NCBI RefSeq assembly: GCF_000181795.1
Contig: NW_003526940.1
Coordinates: forward strand, 699,570 to 763,569
Source of the DNA: Trichinella spiralis
Lineage: Eukaryota
Direction of reading: 5' to 3'
DNA length: 64,000 bases
Shown: in pieces, positions 1 through 12,058 of the stretch
How positions within the stretch are numbered: position 1 is the first letter of the stretch
Layout: every line of letters begins with the position of its first letter
Translations under genes and position numbers: made by a program
Notes under the pieces: generated by a model
The model's input: the letters and a program-made list of their open reading frames with translations, nothing else
Database searches by the model: none
What the model was told of the DNA's origin: nothing

Positions 1-119
1 AAAACCGTCCATTTATGTATCAAAGGAAATTAAATAATAATTAAAATTAAATTAAAGTTAAATTCGAATTATTTCGGAAAAATGATCAAATTATTATTCT
101 TCATCTTCGGTGAAGCAAA

Positions 120-626
120 TCAACGAACCACAGCTCTACTTCTCAATGAATACCGCTTCTGTTTTGGAATTGATTTTAATGAAGAACGCTTTCGACGAGA
201 TTTACTAGCCTTGATCAAAACTGCTTTTTGATTGGATTCCTTCACGCTTCTTTTCTTATTACGACGAGATTTTCCTCCACTTTTAGATCTTTGTCGCATT
301 GCGACTTTACGGGCCACTTTCTTGCCAGGACTCTTCTTTCTTCTAATACTCTTTGATCTCGAACGTGACCGCAACGACTGCAAACACGTTGGGCAAATTA
401 TTTCTGAGGGAGCTTCATCTCCATCTAATTGTACAGCTGATGGTCTTTTCTGCAATTTTAATCTTGATGATGGAACCACGATTTGATGAGTAGAACGCTT
501 TGGGGTTTGACTTCTTGATATTGAACGTCTTCGAGGACGGGTAAGACTACCGCTGCGACTACTCATACTTCGTCGGGTGCTACTGCGACTGCGACTTCGA
601 CTATAACTACGAGCAGAGCGCGCCAT
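120..626 (-). CDS. Intronless Arg/Lys/Ser-rich basic protein, protamine-like candidate (copy 1, 168 aa)
   Basis: First ATG at 626 (MARSARSYSRSRSRSS...). About 55 of 168 residues are R or K, with RS repeats and a central CPTC. Near-identical copies at 40627 and 42823. Confidence 0.75.
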   Translation of the reverse strand: MARSARSYSRSRSRSSTRRSMSSRSGSLTRPRRRSISRSQTPKRSTHQIVVPSSRLKLQKRPSAVQLDGDEAPSEIICPTCLQSLRSRSRSKSIRRKKSPGKKVARKVAMRQRSKSGGKSRRNKKRSVKESNQKAVLIKASKSRRKRSSLKSIPKQKRYSLRSRAVVR

Positions 627-1039
627 TGTCGAACAGGGTATGGACCACACGAGCGATAAGACTGAACAACTTTTGTTTGAACATCACTTATACAGGCTAT
701 ATTGCACTTTAAACAATATCACTTTAAATCAAAATTGTTTAAACTTATCTTTAAAGTAGGTTATGAATAAAGTGATCATTATTATTATTTCAGTTTCATG
801 CAGTAAAAACATTGTAATTTCTGAAAATAAATGATTCACTGAGAAGAACTTTGACATAAATTATGAAATATGAAATTGTTTCTAAAAAGAGTTTCCATTG
901 TTAATGTTGTTGTTGAACGTTCATTTCATTTCATTTATTGGACCTTTGCGCAGTTGTCCTATTGGCTTTCCTTTCATGCAAAAGGTTGCATCAAATGCAT
1001 CAATTCTGTGCTGCCATAGTCAATGAAACAGAATTCCTC

Positions 1040-1390
1040 CTCAGATGAGATACGAGAACAGGTAACGAAGGGGATGGAATATCTTTGCTGTAATACTGAT
1101 TAGGTGACGTTTGTTGCCAAACACGTTCAGATCTGCGTTCGACTGTATAAGATAAGAAAAGTAATCTTTCTCCGCGTTTCATGTTATTCAAGAGCTTTTA
1201 ACATCCGGCTGCTGCTTTTTTTTTCTCACGTGTTCAGTGCTAAGCCTGTAGAACTGCATGGTGATTACTGGCACATTTTGCAAGGTTGAAAGCCCCCCAA
1301 CTTCATCACTGTTCGCAATTGTGTCACCACCCTTAAAACCTTTTTCCTCCATGAAATTAAAGCACCAGATCATCACATGCACGTTTTTCA
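1040..1390 (-). mobile_element. Degenerate BEL/Pao reverse transcriptase fragment upstream of basic-protein copy 1
   Basis: Reverse complement of 42040-42400, which translates to HVDDL and KRHLISITAKIFHP, resembling the Pao YVDD and TKR..S...IFDP motifs. Confidence 0.6.
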
Positions 1391-3508
1391 GATTTCGTTC
1401 ACTGCTTNNNNNNNNNNAGGCACTTTCTAGACCTGAAGGCTTTTTGGAAAAATGTGAATACGTGGCCAGAGGGTTTTTTACGTATGTTTGTCCATGATCA
1501 AGAAGAAGCTTTGATGTGCAACCTTAATCGAGTGGAAGGGCTTCATAAAGGACAGACGGATGTTGAGATAACGTCAAATGAGTTTCCCACCTTCTTGTGA
1601 GATCAAGCCAGGATCAGAGAATCAGACAACGCAACTCGAACAAAATTCACTCTGAAGAAGAACAAGTTTTGCTCCTTAGGTGATTAATTTCTAAATTCTG
1701 AAATGACAAGTTTGTGATAAAGCAATAATAATAACGTGTTTTATTATGCCAGGTAACTCTCGTTACTTTTGTGAACATCCAGTATTTACCATTATGATTT
1801 GTTTGCCGAGCATGTAGCGTATCCCTCTGAGTATTAGTTTTTGTTAGTTATATTGGATAGATACAATTCGAATTTTGCCACTATTCAATTCTATCATTCA
1901 AAAGAAAATCTCAAGCAATGACTTAGAAAAGAGCGTAAAAACGTGAACAGCAGGAAGAGAAATAATACGAAATAGAATAATGATTTTGAATTTTTGTTTA
2001 AATAACTTTTGCGAGAGTTCTTTGTTATTTTTCTTATAATTGTATCAGAATAGCGGCTTTGCAAAATAGCTGAAAGTGCCAAAATCTCCGCAGCATATGA
2101 AGCAGCATTTTCGTGGAAGATAACATGAAAATGAAATTTTGGATACGTAATAGTTCACGTAAAATTTATTCATGTTGCACCATTTGCTTGTTTTCCTGTG
2201 TCTAAGTTGAGGTAGTCTTTGCTAATCAACTGAATACCAAAGCAGGACAGCGAAATGTCAATCCGCTCCCGCGAACACGAAAACCGACATATAAGCACTA
2301 TAATTCAAAGAAAAGCAATACAAACTACGTGCTACTGTTTTTCTGATTTTCATTTATTAATGTGAGGGTAGTTTCATTTATCCCAGAGTCAATTATTGTT
2401 AATTTCCACCGCTTTTATGTGATTGGCTTGAATGCATGACCTCTTGTGTATATTGCTATTGATTGACCTAGTGATTGCTCTTCCTGTAATATTAGTAATT
2501 TTTTTCATATTTTTTGGCAGTTAATTATTGAAGTTGTTTATTTGTTGTTATTATTTGTTTAAATGTAAATATAATTATGAATAGCAAATTTTGTAAAATG
2601 CCATTTATTGTCGCAAGTGTATGAGTTGACTTTGAATAAAATTTGTCTATTTGATTTATAATTGTGAATGCATATTATATTCTAAATAAAAATATGAAAT
2701 AATAATTTACAACAATCATATATTTTATGAAATTATAAATTTTATGAAAAAATTGTAAAGCTATGTCAGTTAAGTCAGATTCTTGTGAAACAGTCGGATG
2801 ATAATATGGAATGGAAAATCAGATGATAAACAGTACTGTAGGAAGAGAAGTAAAAAGAGCAGCTCTAGGAACAGGAAAGCAGTTGTTTTGACTTTGCCTT
2901 AGGTCATGTTTCCTGTGGTGTGCGTGCTTATTCTGATATAGCGACCAAGAAACTGAGTCGAGTATCAGTATTAGTTATGGAGTATGACAAGCGTCAGGTG
3001 TCCAGGAACGCCGCTACAGATGGTTTTTATGTTCATGAGAAGAATTTTTGACTGATAAAAAATTCAGAAATATTTTACCCAAAATTAACTCTCAATTAAA
3101 GTTTCAATAACATGCAAGTATTTTCAAAATGTTTATAAATTCTACATAGAACCATCAGTTAAGTCACATGAGATAACATGCGGTAAACACTGTTTGAAAA
3201 GCATAACATTTGATTTAAAGAAATGAGCTTTTAATAAGTCATGTGATATGGGAAAACTGACCAGCAATAGAGAATCCCAAATAACGTGTCAGCAAGTCAA
3301 GCAAAACAATTCAAATGTGAATGTAGCAAGGGCAGGGAACAATTGCTACACTTCGGTTGCTAACAATCAATTTTTGAAACGGACTGTAATTCTTCATGCC
3401 GAATTTATTCTTCTATCAAATCGTGCGTCCAACACATCTTCTACATTCTGGAGTAAATATACCAGTTTCAGAATTAGGCTTAGGCAGAACAATATGGCGT
3501 GGATTGAC

Positions 3509-4234
3509 CAAAGTGGCAGTGACGGATAAATTTAGGAAACAATTTCCATTGAATGATTTAATTTCAACCTATGCAAAACAACGAGGTTGTTAGTATTCTC
3601 TCTAAAGGAGAACACTTTTTTTCTATGATTTTACTTTTTGTATTAGGAACTTTGGACATCTGAGGATGAAGAAGCAGGAAAAGCATTAGCGGCTAAGAAA
3701 GCACTTCAAGCATCCAAAGGTGGTAAGAAGAATGTGAAATCAGTTACCGATGAAATTCTAGGCGAATCAACGTCTGCACAAAAGAAGGTTACCAATTGCT
3801 TCTTTTCTTAGTTTGTTAAAATACAGATATTTTAATAAATTTTCAGAATTACCTACTTTCTTGGTTGTATGGTTTGAAAAAATGATGGATTCATATACAT
3901 CGTCAGAGGAGGAAAAGGCCTCATAAGATGATCGAATCTGATGTGATGACTTCTCAAGCCACCGGACCTACTCATCGGGTTGATCAAATGCTTTGAGCGA
4001 GTCCAAGAAACCTTCTTACTCGTCCTTGGAACATTATTCAAGTATTTATACAGTTAAAAAAATTACTTTAATTATTTGTTATATTTTATTTTTAAGATTT
4101 TTAAAAACAAAGAGCTTGGCTTGTTTGCATATTGGGTTTCGATTGGTTCTGAATTGCACAATGTTCGACTTCGAGCACCAAGAATTTTTTACGTCTATCA
4201 GCAGATTCCAAAACAGATTGATTCTACCGATGAT
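3509..4234 (+). pseudogene. Partial, disabled duplicate of POLE exons and introns (source about 22117-22840)
   Basis: Direct nucleotide match including introns. Disabling changes include caaatgctttga vs caaatgcttcta and cataag vs catgag, plus small indels. Confidence 0.9.
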
Positions 4235-5750
4235 GAACTTTTTTCAGATACTAAAGTTTATCCGGAAAATCCTTTAATAGCAACATCATTTCTTCATGTT
4301 ATTGTAAGTTAAAATGCACTGCATTTGAATGGTTGTTGAAACGTGTGAAGACTTTAATTATTTGTATTCCATTAGATATCTTCCTTCATATATATATATT
4401 CTCTTCTTTGCTAACTTTTTTTGAAAATATCTCAGCTAACTAAGGAAAGGTATTATTATAAATTAACAGTGCTGGTGAAATGTTGGACATCAGAACTCTA
4501 TGCTTATGAAATTTGCATTATTCAATAATATTACACATATAATACTCTCCTTATACAGAATCTTCATGGAACCAGTAGCTGCGGCATCACATAACCACTG
4601 CATTCTATTGTATGTTATTGAAATATAATGAAACTTTTAACTGTTTGTTTTAACTAATATTTATCGGACATTTCACTATTACACTGCCAATAAACGTTCA
4701 ACTAGCAAATTTATTTTTTTGCTTCGCATTTTTGCAAAATTTATGAATAACTGAAACAAACAATTTGTTTCAAAAACTTTCATTATTTGAGAATTGAAAT
4801 TTTAATGCACATATTTCATAAACAAAATAAAATCAATAACGAACACTCTACATTGTCAATTTTAATTTTGTGGGTAAACGATATAATATAAAATATCGCA
4901 AACCACAGTGAAGAATTTGCATAAAATTTGAAGGATATTTTACTCAACGTTTGCCATTCATAACTGCTTGTTGCATTTTCATATTTTATTCTCAATTTAA
5001 TACAGTTATTTGAATAAAAAATTTTTTCTTTTCAATTTTAATTTATACGTCGAATAAAAAATTAAATGTATAAGAAAAAGACTACTGAATGGTAAACGGT
5101 AAAACTATGTAAACTGAAAACGTATTATTTGTTGATCAGCACAGCATTTACGTAAACAGCTCAAGTGCCTCAAGACAGCATTATTAAATCAATAACTTAA
5201 ATTTCCAAAATGACACATTTCAAAAACAGTATATTCCAATGAATGTGCAAATACTTTGAAAAGAAAATATTCAACGCAGACAAGAAGCTGTAGAAATATT
5301 TGTTAATATATATATATATATATATATATACAAAATCCACCATATTAAAATAAAATTTGTAAACATACAAATTAGTAATCTTAAATAAAATGTCATTTCT
5401 TTCATTGTGAAATAGTATTGATTTCTAAAAATATTCTTTTTAAATTAATTTTACTACAGATTTCAAACTTTCAGATCTAAGAAACGAATAAAAGCAAATT
5501 GGTTCCTCTTATTAAAAGAAGTAAATAATTGATAATAATTACGTAATAAACTAGAAAAATACTTATGAAAATTGTAAATAATTCCACAGCTTATGTGCAT
5601 ATTTACATAAATAATAAAAGTATAATAGTGAAAAGACAGGAAATTTTTTATTGATAATAAATATGTGTATAATAGAAATAAATTTCTATATAAACGAAGT
5701 GCAAATTACGGAAATCAGTCCGTGTAAACAATTCTTGTACTTCAGCAGCC

Positions 5751-7185
5751 ATGAAACTGATTTGCCTTTTCGCTCTTGTCATTGCTACCAGTGCTTTAAG
5801 GATAATGAAGCAAAAAGTAAGAAATCCTTTTAAATTATAATTTTATTCGAAAAAAATCAATTTACTAAAATCTAATTTAAAATTATAAGTCGATAAATAA
5901 AAGTGAATTTCATGTTTTTTCACGCCACAATACATTCCTTACATACGTGCAGTATAAAATTATTATTAATGATAATGTTGGGACACATTGTTGATTGAGA
6001 AGATTTTCTTTTATGGTAGAAGATAAAACTATTATGCTTAACCATCTTTATATTCCTACTGTGTTGCCACTCCTCACCTTGAGTGACGTATGTGTATGTG
6101 TGTCAGTAGTGTCAGTAGTGTGTTGTGTTGCCTGTCCTTTTAACTTACTCGTATCGTGTGTGTTCAATTGTGTTTTGGTAAATAAATAGCAGAAAACGCT
6201 ATACCGTTGTACGTTAACTCATCATCGCAATCAACCTTCCTCGAATATACAACAGTAATAACAAAATTAAATTAGCTTTAAATTTGCTTCATAAAACTGA
6301 TTTCCTATTTAATTAAAATACATTAAAAATTTTCAGATTTCAGTTTAACTTAACTGGAACGCTTTTGCAAACAAAAATTTACCATGCTCCTTATCATGAC
6401 ACTTTGTTTTCAATTCATTCGAAAATATGTTTAGGCTCCAAAAAAAGATTACGATTTTAAAGCAGAAAAAGAAGCTGTCATTGCAGAGCTAGATCAGCGC
6501 TTTGATGGCTACAGAGAGCATTGCTACCCTTTACCTGGTGATGGATGCAAATGCCAAGAAACAATGAATGGTGTAAAAGGAACTTATAAATATGAAAAAG
6601 ATTTGGAATGCAAAACAGGGGATGTAATGCAACATTTAATGAAACATAAATTTAAATTTATGAGCATATAGTTATAAAATTATTAATGGAATACATTTAT
6701 TTCAGAAACGCGTAAGACTCTGTGAAGATACACAATGTAAAACTGATTTCAAAAAAATCAACAGATGCAGAACGAAGGACAAGTGTGGCCAGGATAAATG
6801 GAAACCATATGAAGATTGCATGAAAGCCTGCACGAAAATCCAGTACGTTATACTCAACAAAATTAAAAATGAAACTTATATATTATTAACAATTACATTT
6901 TTTAATAATGATTCATCATTTTAATTTTTCTTAAATCATAATACTGTTTTAACTAAAATAATGCAGTTCATACAATTTCAATATAAAAAGATATTTAATT
7001 TTAACAAGCCCTAAACGAAACTTCAATTGCCAAACTCATTTCAACTGTATTCTCTGTGTATTAATTTACGAATATAAGTACAGTGAATATACTGCAACGT
7101 ATTTTCAAAAGAATCATAAACTAGATCATAAATGACACTTATTTTTCATTATTATAGTCCAATTCTAATCAGCTCGGCCGCCTGA
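5751..7185 (+). CDS. Small secreted cysteine-rich protein, paralog 1 (4 exons, about 139 aa)
   Basis: Exons 5751-5816, 6435-6623, 6706-6842 and 7158-7185 with GT-AG junctions in phase. Signal-peptide-like MKLICLFALVIATSA. Ten mature Cys are conserved with the paralog at 36238-37398. Confidence 0.8.
5976..6254 (+). mobile_element. Solo LTR in intron 1 of the secreted-protein gene
   Basis: TGTTG...CAACA termini and an internal AATAAA at 6181. Absent from the equivalent intron of the paralog (empty site near 37165). Target-site duplication imperfect. Confidence 0.75.
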
Positions 7186-7871
7186 AAAAGTACACTCATC
7201 AGCTACATATAAAAACATTTTTTGAATGAATAAAATATTTTTAATAAAATAATCACCGTCCTGTGTATAGTGCATCCACTGTAATAAACAAAACAATTTT
7301 CAAGAAAATATGTAAATTATTTTCCAAATCATATTACAATTACAACAAAATAAGCGTTTCCTATATAAAGAGATATTGTATAATAAAATGCCGTTAGTCG
7401 CACAAACAACATTTCAAAGTCTTATTTTATTTCGTTTCTGACATTTCCTTGGTTTTAATAAAATTCTTCTCATTTTCCAATTCTTTTCTTTTATTGAAAA
7501 TATTTTTCATTTCGAACGCTGGAATTTGCTTTCAATTAATATGGAAATAATTGGATATTCAACTTTTGTCTTTCTAACACTGTAAAATCTATCAAGTTGA
7601 GAATAGATCGTTGTATACTGACATTTAAGAAAAGCAGCCTGTACATATGGATAATGGTCGATTCAAAATACGACGTCTAAGCAAAACAACAGTTAGTGAA
7701 TAGCTTTTATTCAAAAATTCGATATATGACATGGTACTTCAGGAAAAGTTATAAACACAGATCAAGAAGGTAGAGCCACATAAAGTTTGAATGTCTTGAG
7801 CACAAATCAAATAAAATGACGACATTAAAACGCAGTGAATCGCGCAATCACACATCATTGCACAAAACTAA

Positions 7872-9500
7872 GCCTTGCACTTGCCAAATAGAACAGATGG
7901 TTCTTACACTTCTTCAACCCCTCACATAATGTCTGGTCCACATCAGCAAGAAACTCCACAGTCGAGTGATACAAATCAACAAGTCTTTGTAAGCAATCCC
8001 CTCTTGACAACCATCTTACTTCCGTGTGAAAAAGCAGTTGGTTGAAAGTTTCTTCATTCTTTTCACATAAGATTGCAAATAGTCGAGAATTCGTCGGTTG
8101 CCCTTTAATTTTATTGACTGCCTTAATACAAACTTTTAAGGCAGCATGCAATTCACCACTGAGGTTCTTGGCAACAAGATGATGTCTGTGTAACACACAG
8201 TGAACAGCGCGTACATCAGGAACCGTTTCCTTGAGTAAGGTGGCAAATCCTCTGTAACAGCCAACCATTGCTGGTGCACCATCGGTAGCCCCTGCAGTAA
8301 TAAACATTGTGTTCTTTCAAATAATCCTCTAAGCATCGAAAAATTGTCTCACTTTTCGCATCACCTTTAAGATAATTGGCAAACAAAAACTCGTCAACAA
8401 TGCACTTTAGGCTTTGACTATAATACCTTACATAGGCCATAAGAATATTCGAGCAACCGAAAGCAGACTCATCTAGTTGGATGGAAAATTTGCAATGTTG
8501 TAGCTCCAACACCAAAGTTTTCTCCACATCGCTGGCCATTTCATCGATGCGTCGCTGCACTGTCTTTGCACTTAAAGGGATACACTTCAGAACAGGTTAA
8601 GAGTCTTTCTTCATAACAGTTTCAATCACTTCTTTAATAGCTGGTATAACAATCTCCTCACCAATGCTATACGACTGTGCTTTCTTTGCAATATTAAGTG
8701 AGATTGTGTATGATGCCTTCAGTCCTCCTTCACAATCAACAGTACCAGGTGCTTTAAAAAACGACTTCAAATTGGGTTGATTTCTGATTTTTTCTTTCAG
8801 CACCTTAAAAAACTCAACATCTTTGTTTTTCTTATCAGGGTGAACCCTTTCAAGGTGGTCTTTCATCTTTGAAGGCTTCATGGCATCGTCAGTGAAAACC
8901 TTTTGACATAGTAGGCACATTGGCATGGTTTCATTAGAAAAAGAAGTTATGAAACCAAATTTCAAATATTCTTGCGAATATTGTCTGCACTTCTTCTTTG
9001 CATTAGCGCTCGCCATTATGTCCAGAAATAAAGCGCAGCTACGCTCGCTGTCATGGGTTGCTTCAATTACGCGCGGCCGCTGTCACACGGACGTCCATCC
9101 CAAGCAGCTGTGCACAATTTATCATTTAGCTTGTACTAAAATCGCCTTTACCAATTCATCTGATGTGACGAAAGACGCGAAAAAAATCTGACAAAGGCCT
9201 ATGCAACACATCAATCAAACTCACAGAACAAAGCCGTATTTTCTCTAACTGGTGGAAACAAGCGCTAAACGACCAGTAAGAAAAGGTAGTGAAAATTTAT
9301 CCTGAAGTCAAAAATTCCCTTAGCATCACGCAGTTCGGCCCCGCACAATTAATTTCTTGTGGTGTCTGTTGATAGCTCAGAAAAGTTACAAAATAGTTCT
9401 CAACAAAATAAATTTATAAAATGAGATTTAATAGTTCATATTCGATCCCGGAGTTCATTGACCCCCATTCGACCACTAAACCTTTATCGACCCCAAAACG
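7872..9500 (-). mobile_element. Buster-type hAT transposon (ZBED5/SCAND3-like transposase), frameshifted and 3'-truncated
   Basis: ORFs 8597-9016 (BED-type C..C...H..H), 8216-8560 (FSIQLDES) and 7855-8307 (TDGAPAM, HCVLHRHHL, HTEVRWLSRG). Subterminal tcgacccc repeats at about 9440-9495. Confidence 0.9.
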
Positions 9501-9539
9501 TCCATAATCTGCATAGAGATCCGATTAGATCTGCAGGCT

Positions 9540-9916
9540 CTATTTCAACAACCATCAACCTATTGCGAATTTTCTATAATTCTTTTCTTTCCAAAATGAC
9601 TTAAATCCAAAACGAGAGACGCAAAAAATTTCTGACAAAAGCCTATGCACCATATTTATCAAACTCATAGAACAAGGCCGTATTTTGTCTAAATGACGTT
9701 CGCTAAACAAGATTTAAACGACCAGTAAGAAAAGGTGGTGAAAATTTAGCCTGAAATCGACCATCCCCTTCGCCCACTCGAAATTAATTATTCATATAAT
9801 AAATTCCTCCGATGGGATTCGATCTAGGAGTTAATCGATCCCTAGGTCTCTATAGACCCCATGGATACTCCCATCGACCCCAAAATGTCGATATGGATGT
9901 GTTTAACTACCTCTGG
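9540..9916 (-). mobile_element. hAT terminal fragment inside arm B
   Basis: CAG(A/G)GGTAGTTAAA terminus with gatcga/cgacccc subterminal repeats. In the B' copy the terminus at 31436 is preceded by ctcTAgac, a Buster-like target. Internal sequence resembles 9170-9320. Confidence 0.55.
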
Positions 9917-9929
9917 CCAAGAAGTTCCG

Positions 9930-11050
9930 GACGACAGGAAACTGAGCATAAATGATTCGGGCACCATGCTGTGATCCTTCTGATGTAACGCTTCACTGCA
10001 AAAGAGGAGAGCAGATGCAGTTGCTCCTCCGCTACTTGTGCTAGAAACACGAAAACCGACGTGCGGTTTCACCGGCGCTACTTCTGCCATTCTCGGTCAG
10101 TTTCTGGAGACCGAAGTAGTTTCACGAACAAAACCCAGCGTTTGTGAAAACCACGCAAGCCCGTTCCACCACGTCGTCTCGTCCATTGTCCATTGCAAAT
10201 CAGACTCACCAAGTGGCCGGCTCAACTAACTGCGATGTTTCCGAAAAACTGTTCAGAATCAAAATATTCAACGATTCACCGTGGATAAGATCCATGTCAG
10301 GGCGACTTCACTGTCCAACTAGTACGTCATCAACGATAACTGCACATCTAATGCCATTCGGATTGTTCTCACCAAGCGAGCCCAGATCAATGCTGCCATC
10401 AATTCCATCAGGGGCAGACTCTATTTCGAACCAGAGCGGCTGCTGCCAAGTTACCAAATGATCGATGATCTTTAGATTCCAAACGCAAGTAGATGGCGGT
10501 ACCGTTTGCACTTCTGGAGGTATTTCCAAATGCCTGTACATCTAGGCTATCGAGCCTATTGTCAGGCATCATCATCAGGATCCTCTGAACGTCGAACTGA
10601 TTCAACTCAATCATTTCTTCACACCAGCACCATCAATGCGAACATAATTCGGGAGGCAGCGGATCATGCCAATTTCAATCCTAGCTGCCAAACCAACTCA
10701 CTGTAGACGGTGCAGTACAACAAAATCAATCGAACATTTGCGCTGCTGCATTGAAAAGGACAGCAACCAGGAGTCGGAAGGAGGAAGAGCAGATCTCACA
10801 AGCAAAGTTTTCATTCACCAATCGGCGATCTTCCTCATGCATGTCTGACGATGCGGTCACCGTTTTGCTATCCCATTTCGATCTATCAAAAAGTGCCTCC
10901 AATAAGCATCTTCATCAGTTGCTCATTATCACAAGACAGTAAAAAGTCGTCCACGACATGTTTCGGTGAATCTTGTCCACTTCACACGGCTTGATGTCAA
11001 ATTCTCCAGTCACAACCACAGCAATTTTCGCTCACGTATCAGCATGCCTA
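9930..11050 (-). mobile_element. Degenerate BEL/Pao pol fragment (RT/RNase H, Peptidase_A17-type region)
   Basis: Translation LVWQLGLK-WHDPLPPEL...LDVQAFGNTSRSANGTAIYLRLES resembles the Pao LW..GL.WD.PLP and LH.F.DAS..AYG.V.YLR motifs, with stops. Confidence 0.7.
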
Positions 11051-12058
11051 CAGAAAGTAAACAATGATTTTCAAGAACCCAGAAAATAATATTTCTCTTA
11101 AAATGCTTCTTAAAGCAAACCAAATAAAAATCAGACATGACTTTTAATAGTAGGATGTGCTCAAACTGAGATTTTCTCATTTAGTTATGATAAAAGAATA
11201 CACTACACTGCAAAAACATCAATTTTATGAAGTTGTCCTTTTCGAAGTACATAATACGCAATTACGCCTAATCTATTTTTATAAGCAGTTGTGTGAATGA
11301 AATGGAAATTATTTTTTAATTGTTATTTAAACATGTTATTTTCTCAGAAGGAAATAATACTACAATTTATACTGTGTAGCCACCAGAAGAAAATGAACTT
11401 TTAAAAAATTCACTGATATTTCATAAAAAAATACTAGTTTTATGCTATTGGTTTTGTGTTAATTAAATACTTGAACTATTCTTTATTAGCTAAATAGAAA
11501 AGATATTCAACTGAAAAAATATATTGGTTTCTTAATGCGATACAAAATACTGATAAAACAGAATGAAATTTGGCAGATTAATACATTACCATTAAGTAGC
11601 GTGTACCTTTTCGCCACTATTAACCGATGGATCAGACTGCAATAGGCAACTTTCGATTCGATCACCGCAATCCGACGTCACCTTGCATCCTCTTTAACGG
11701 TTCGCAACCATTTGGAATAAAACAATCAACCTTCGTAGTGGACTTGAAAAATGTAAACTGATTCAAATAACAAACAATCAACGTGGCAAAAGACATTACG
11801 CGCAAACAAACCACAACCATTACAATGACAATGAACAGCCAACCCTCACTTTCTTTCTACTGTAGGTTTTCGCCGACACCTTCCGTGAAAATCAAGTGCA
11901 GTTTATAAACTATTTACGTTTGCGATACATCATAAGAAAATTGATATAATGAGAAAATTCTTGAATATTAAAATTATTTACAACGATAAATAAATTATTT
12001 GCATTACTTTTTGTTTGTATATTTGCATAATTTCGCAAAATGGAATTTCATTACGAGT

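Larger units (their letters stand above)
4318..7872. repeat. Inverted duplication arm A (partner 35580-38822)
   Basis: 4321 gcatttgaatggttgttgaaacgtg is the near reverse complement of about 38795-38819. 7845-7872 gcaatcacacatcattgcacaaaactaagc is the reverse complement of about 35582-35611. Confidence 0.9.
9506..12053. repeat. Inverted duplication arm B (partner about 29265-31845)
   Basis: Continuous high-identity reverse-complement match. The ORF track gives near-identical peptides on opposite strands (e.g. 9842-10090 minus vs 31261-31509 plus). Confidence 0.92.

Noticed and set aside
232..486. Antisense 84-aa ORF within the basic-protein gene (also at 40739 and 42963)
   Set aside because: Shadow ORF of a low-complexity coding strand, with no independent support.
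3474..3486. Two TTAGGC telomere-type units
   Set aside because: Too short to distinguish from chance.
5307..5330. (TA)n microsatellites here and near 26383-26403
   Set aside because: Ordinary short microsatellites.
9842..10942. Duplicated short ORFs in arms B and B' as host genes
   Set aside because: They are alternative frames of a decayed Pao pol and a hAT end. They are shared only because of the duplication.
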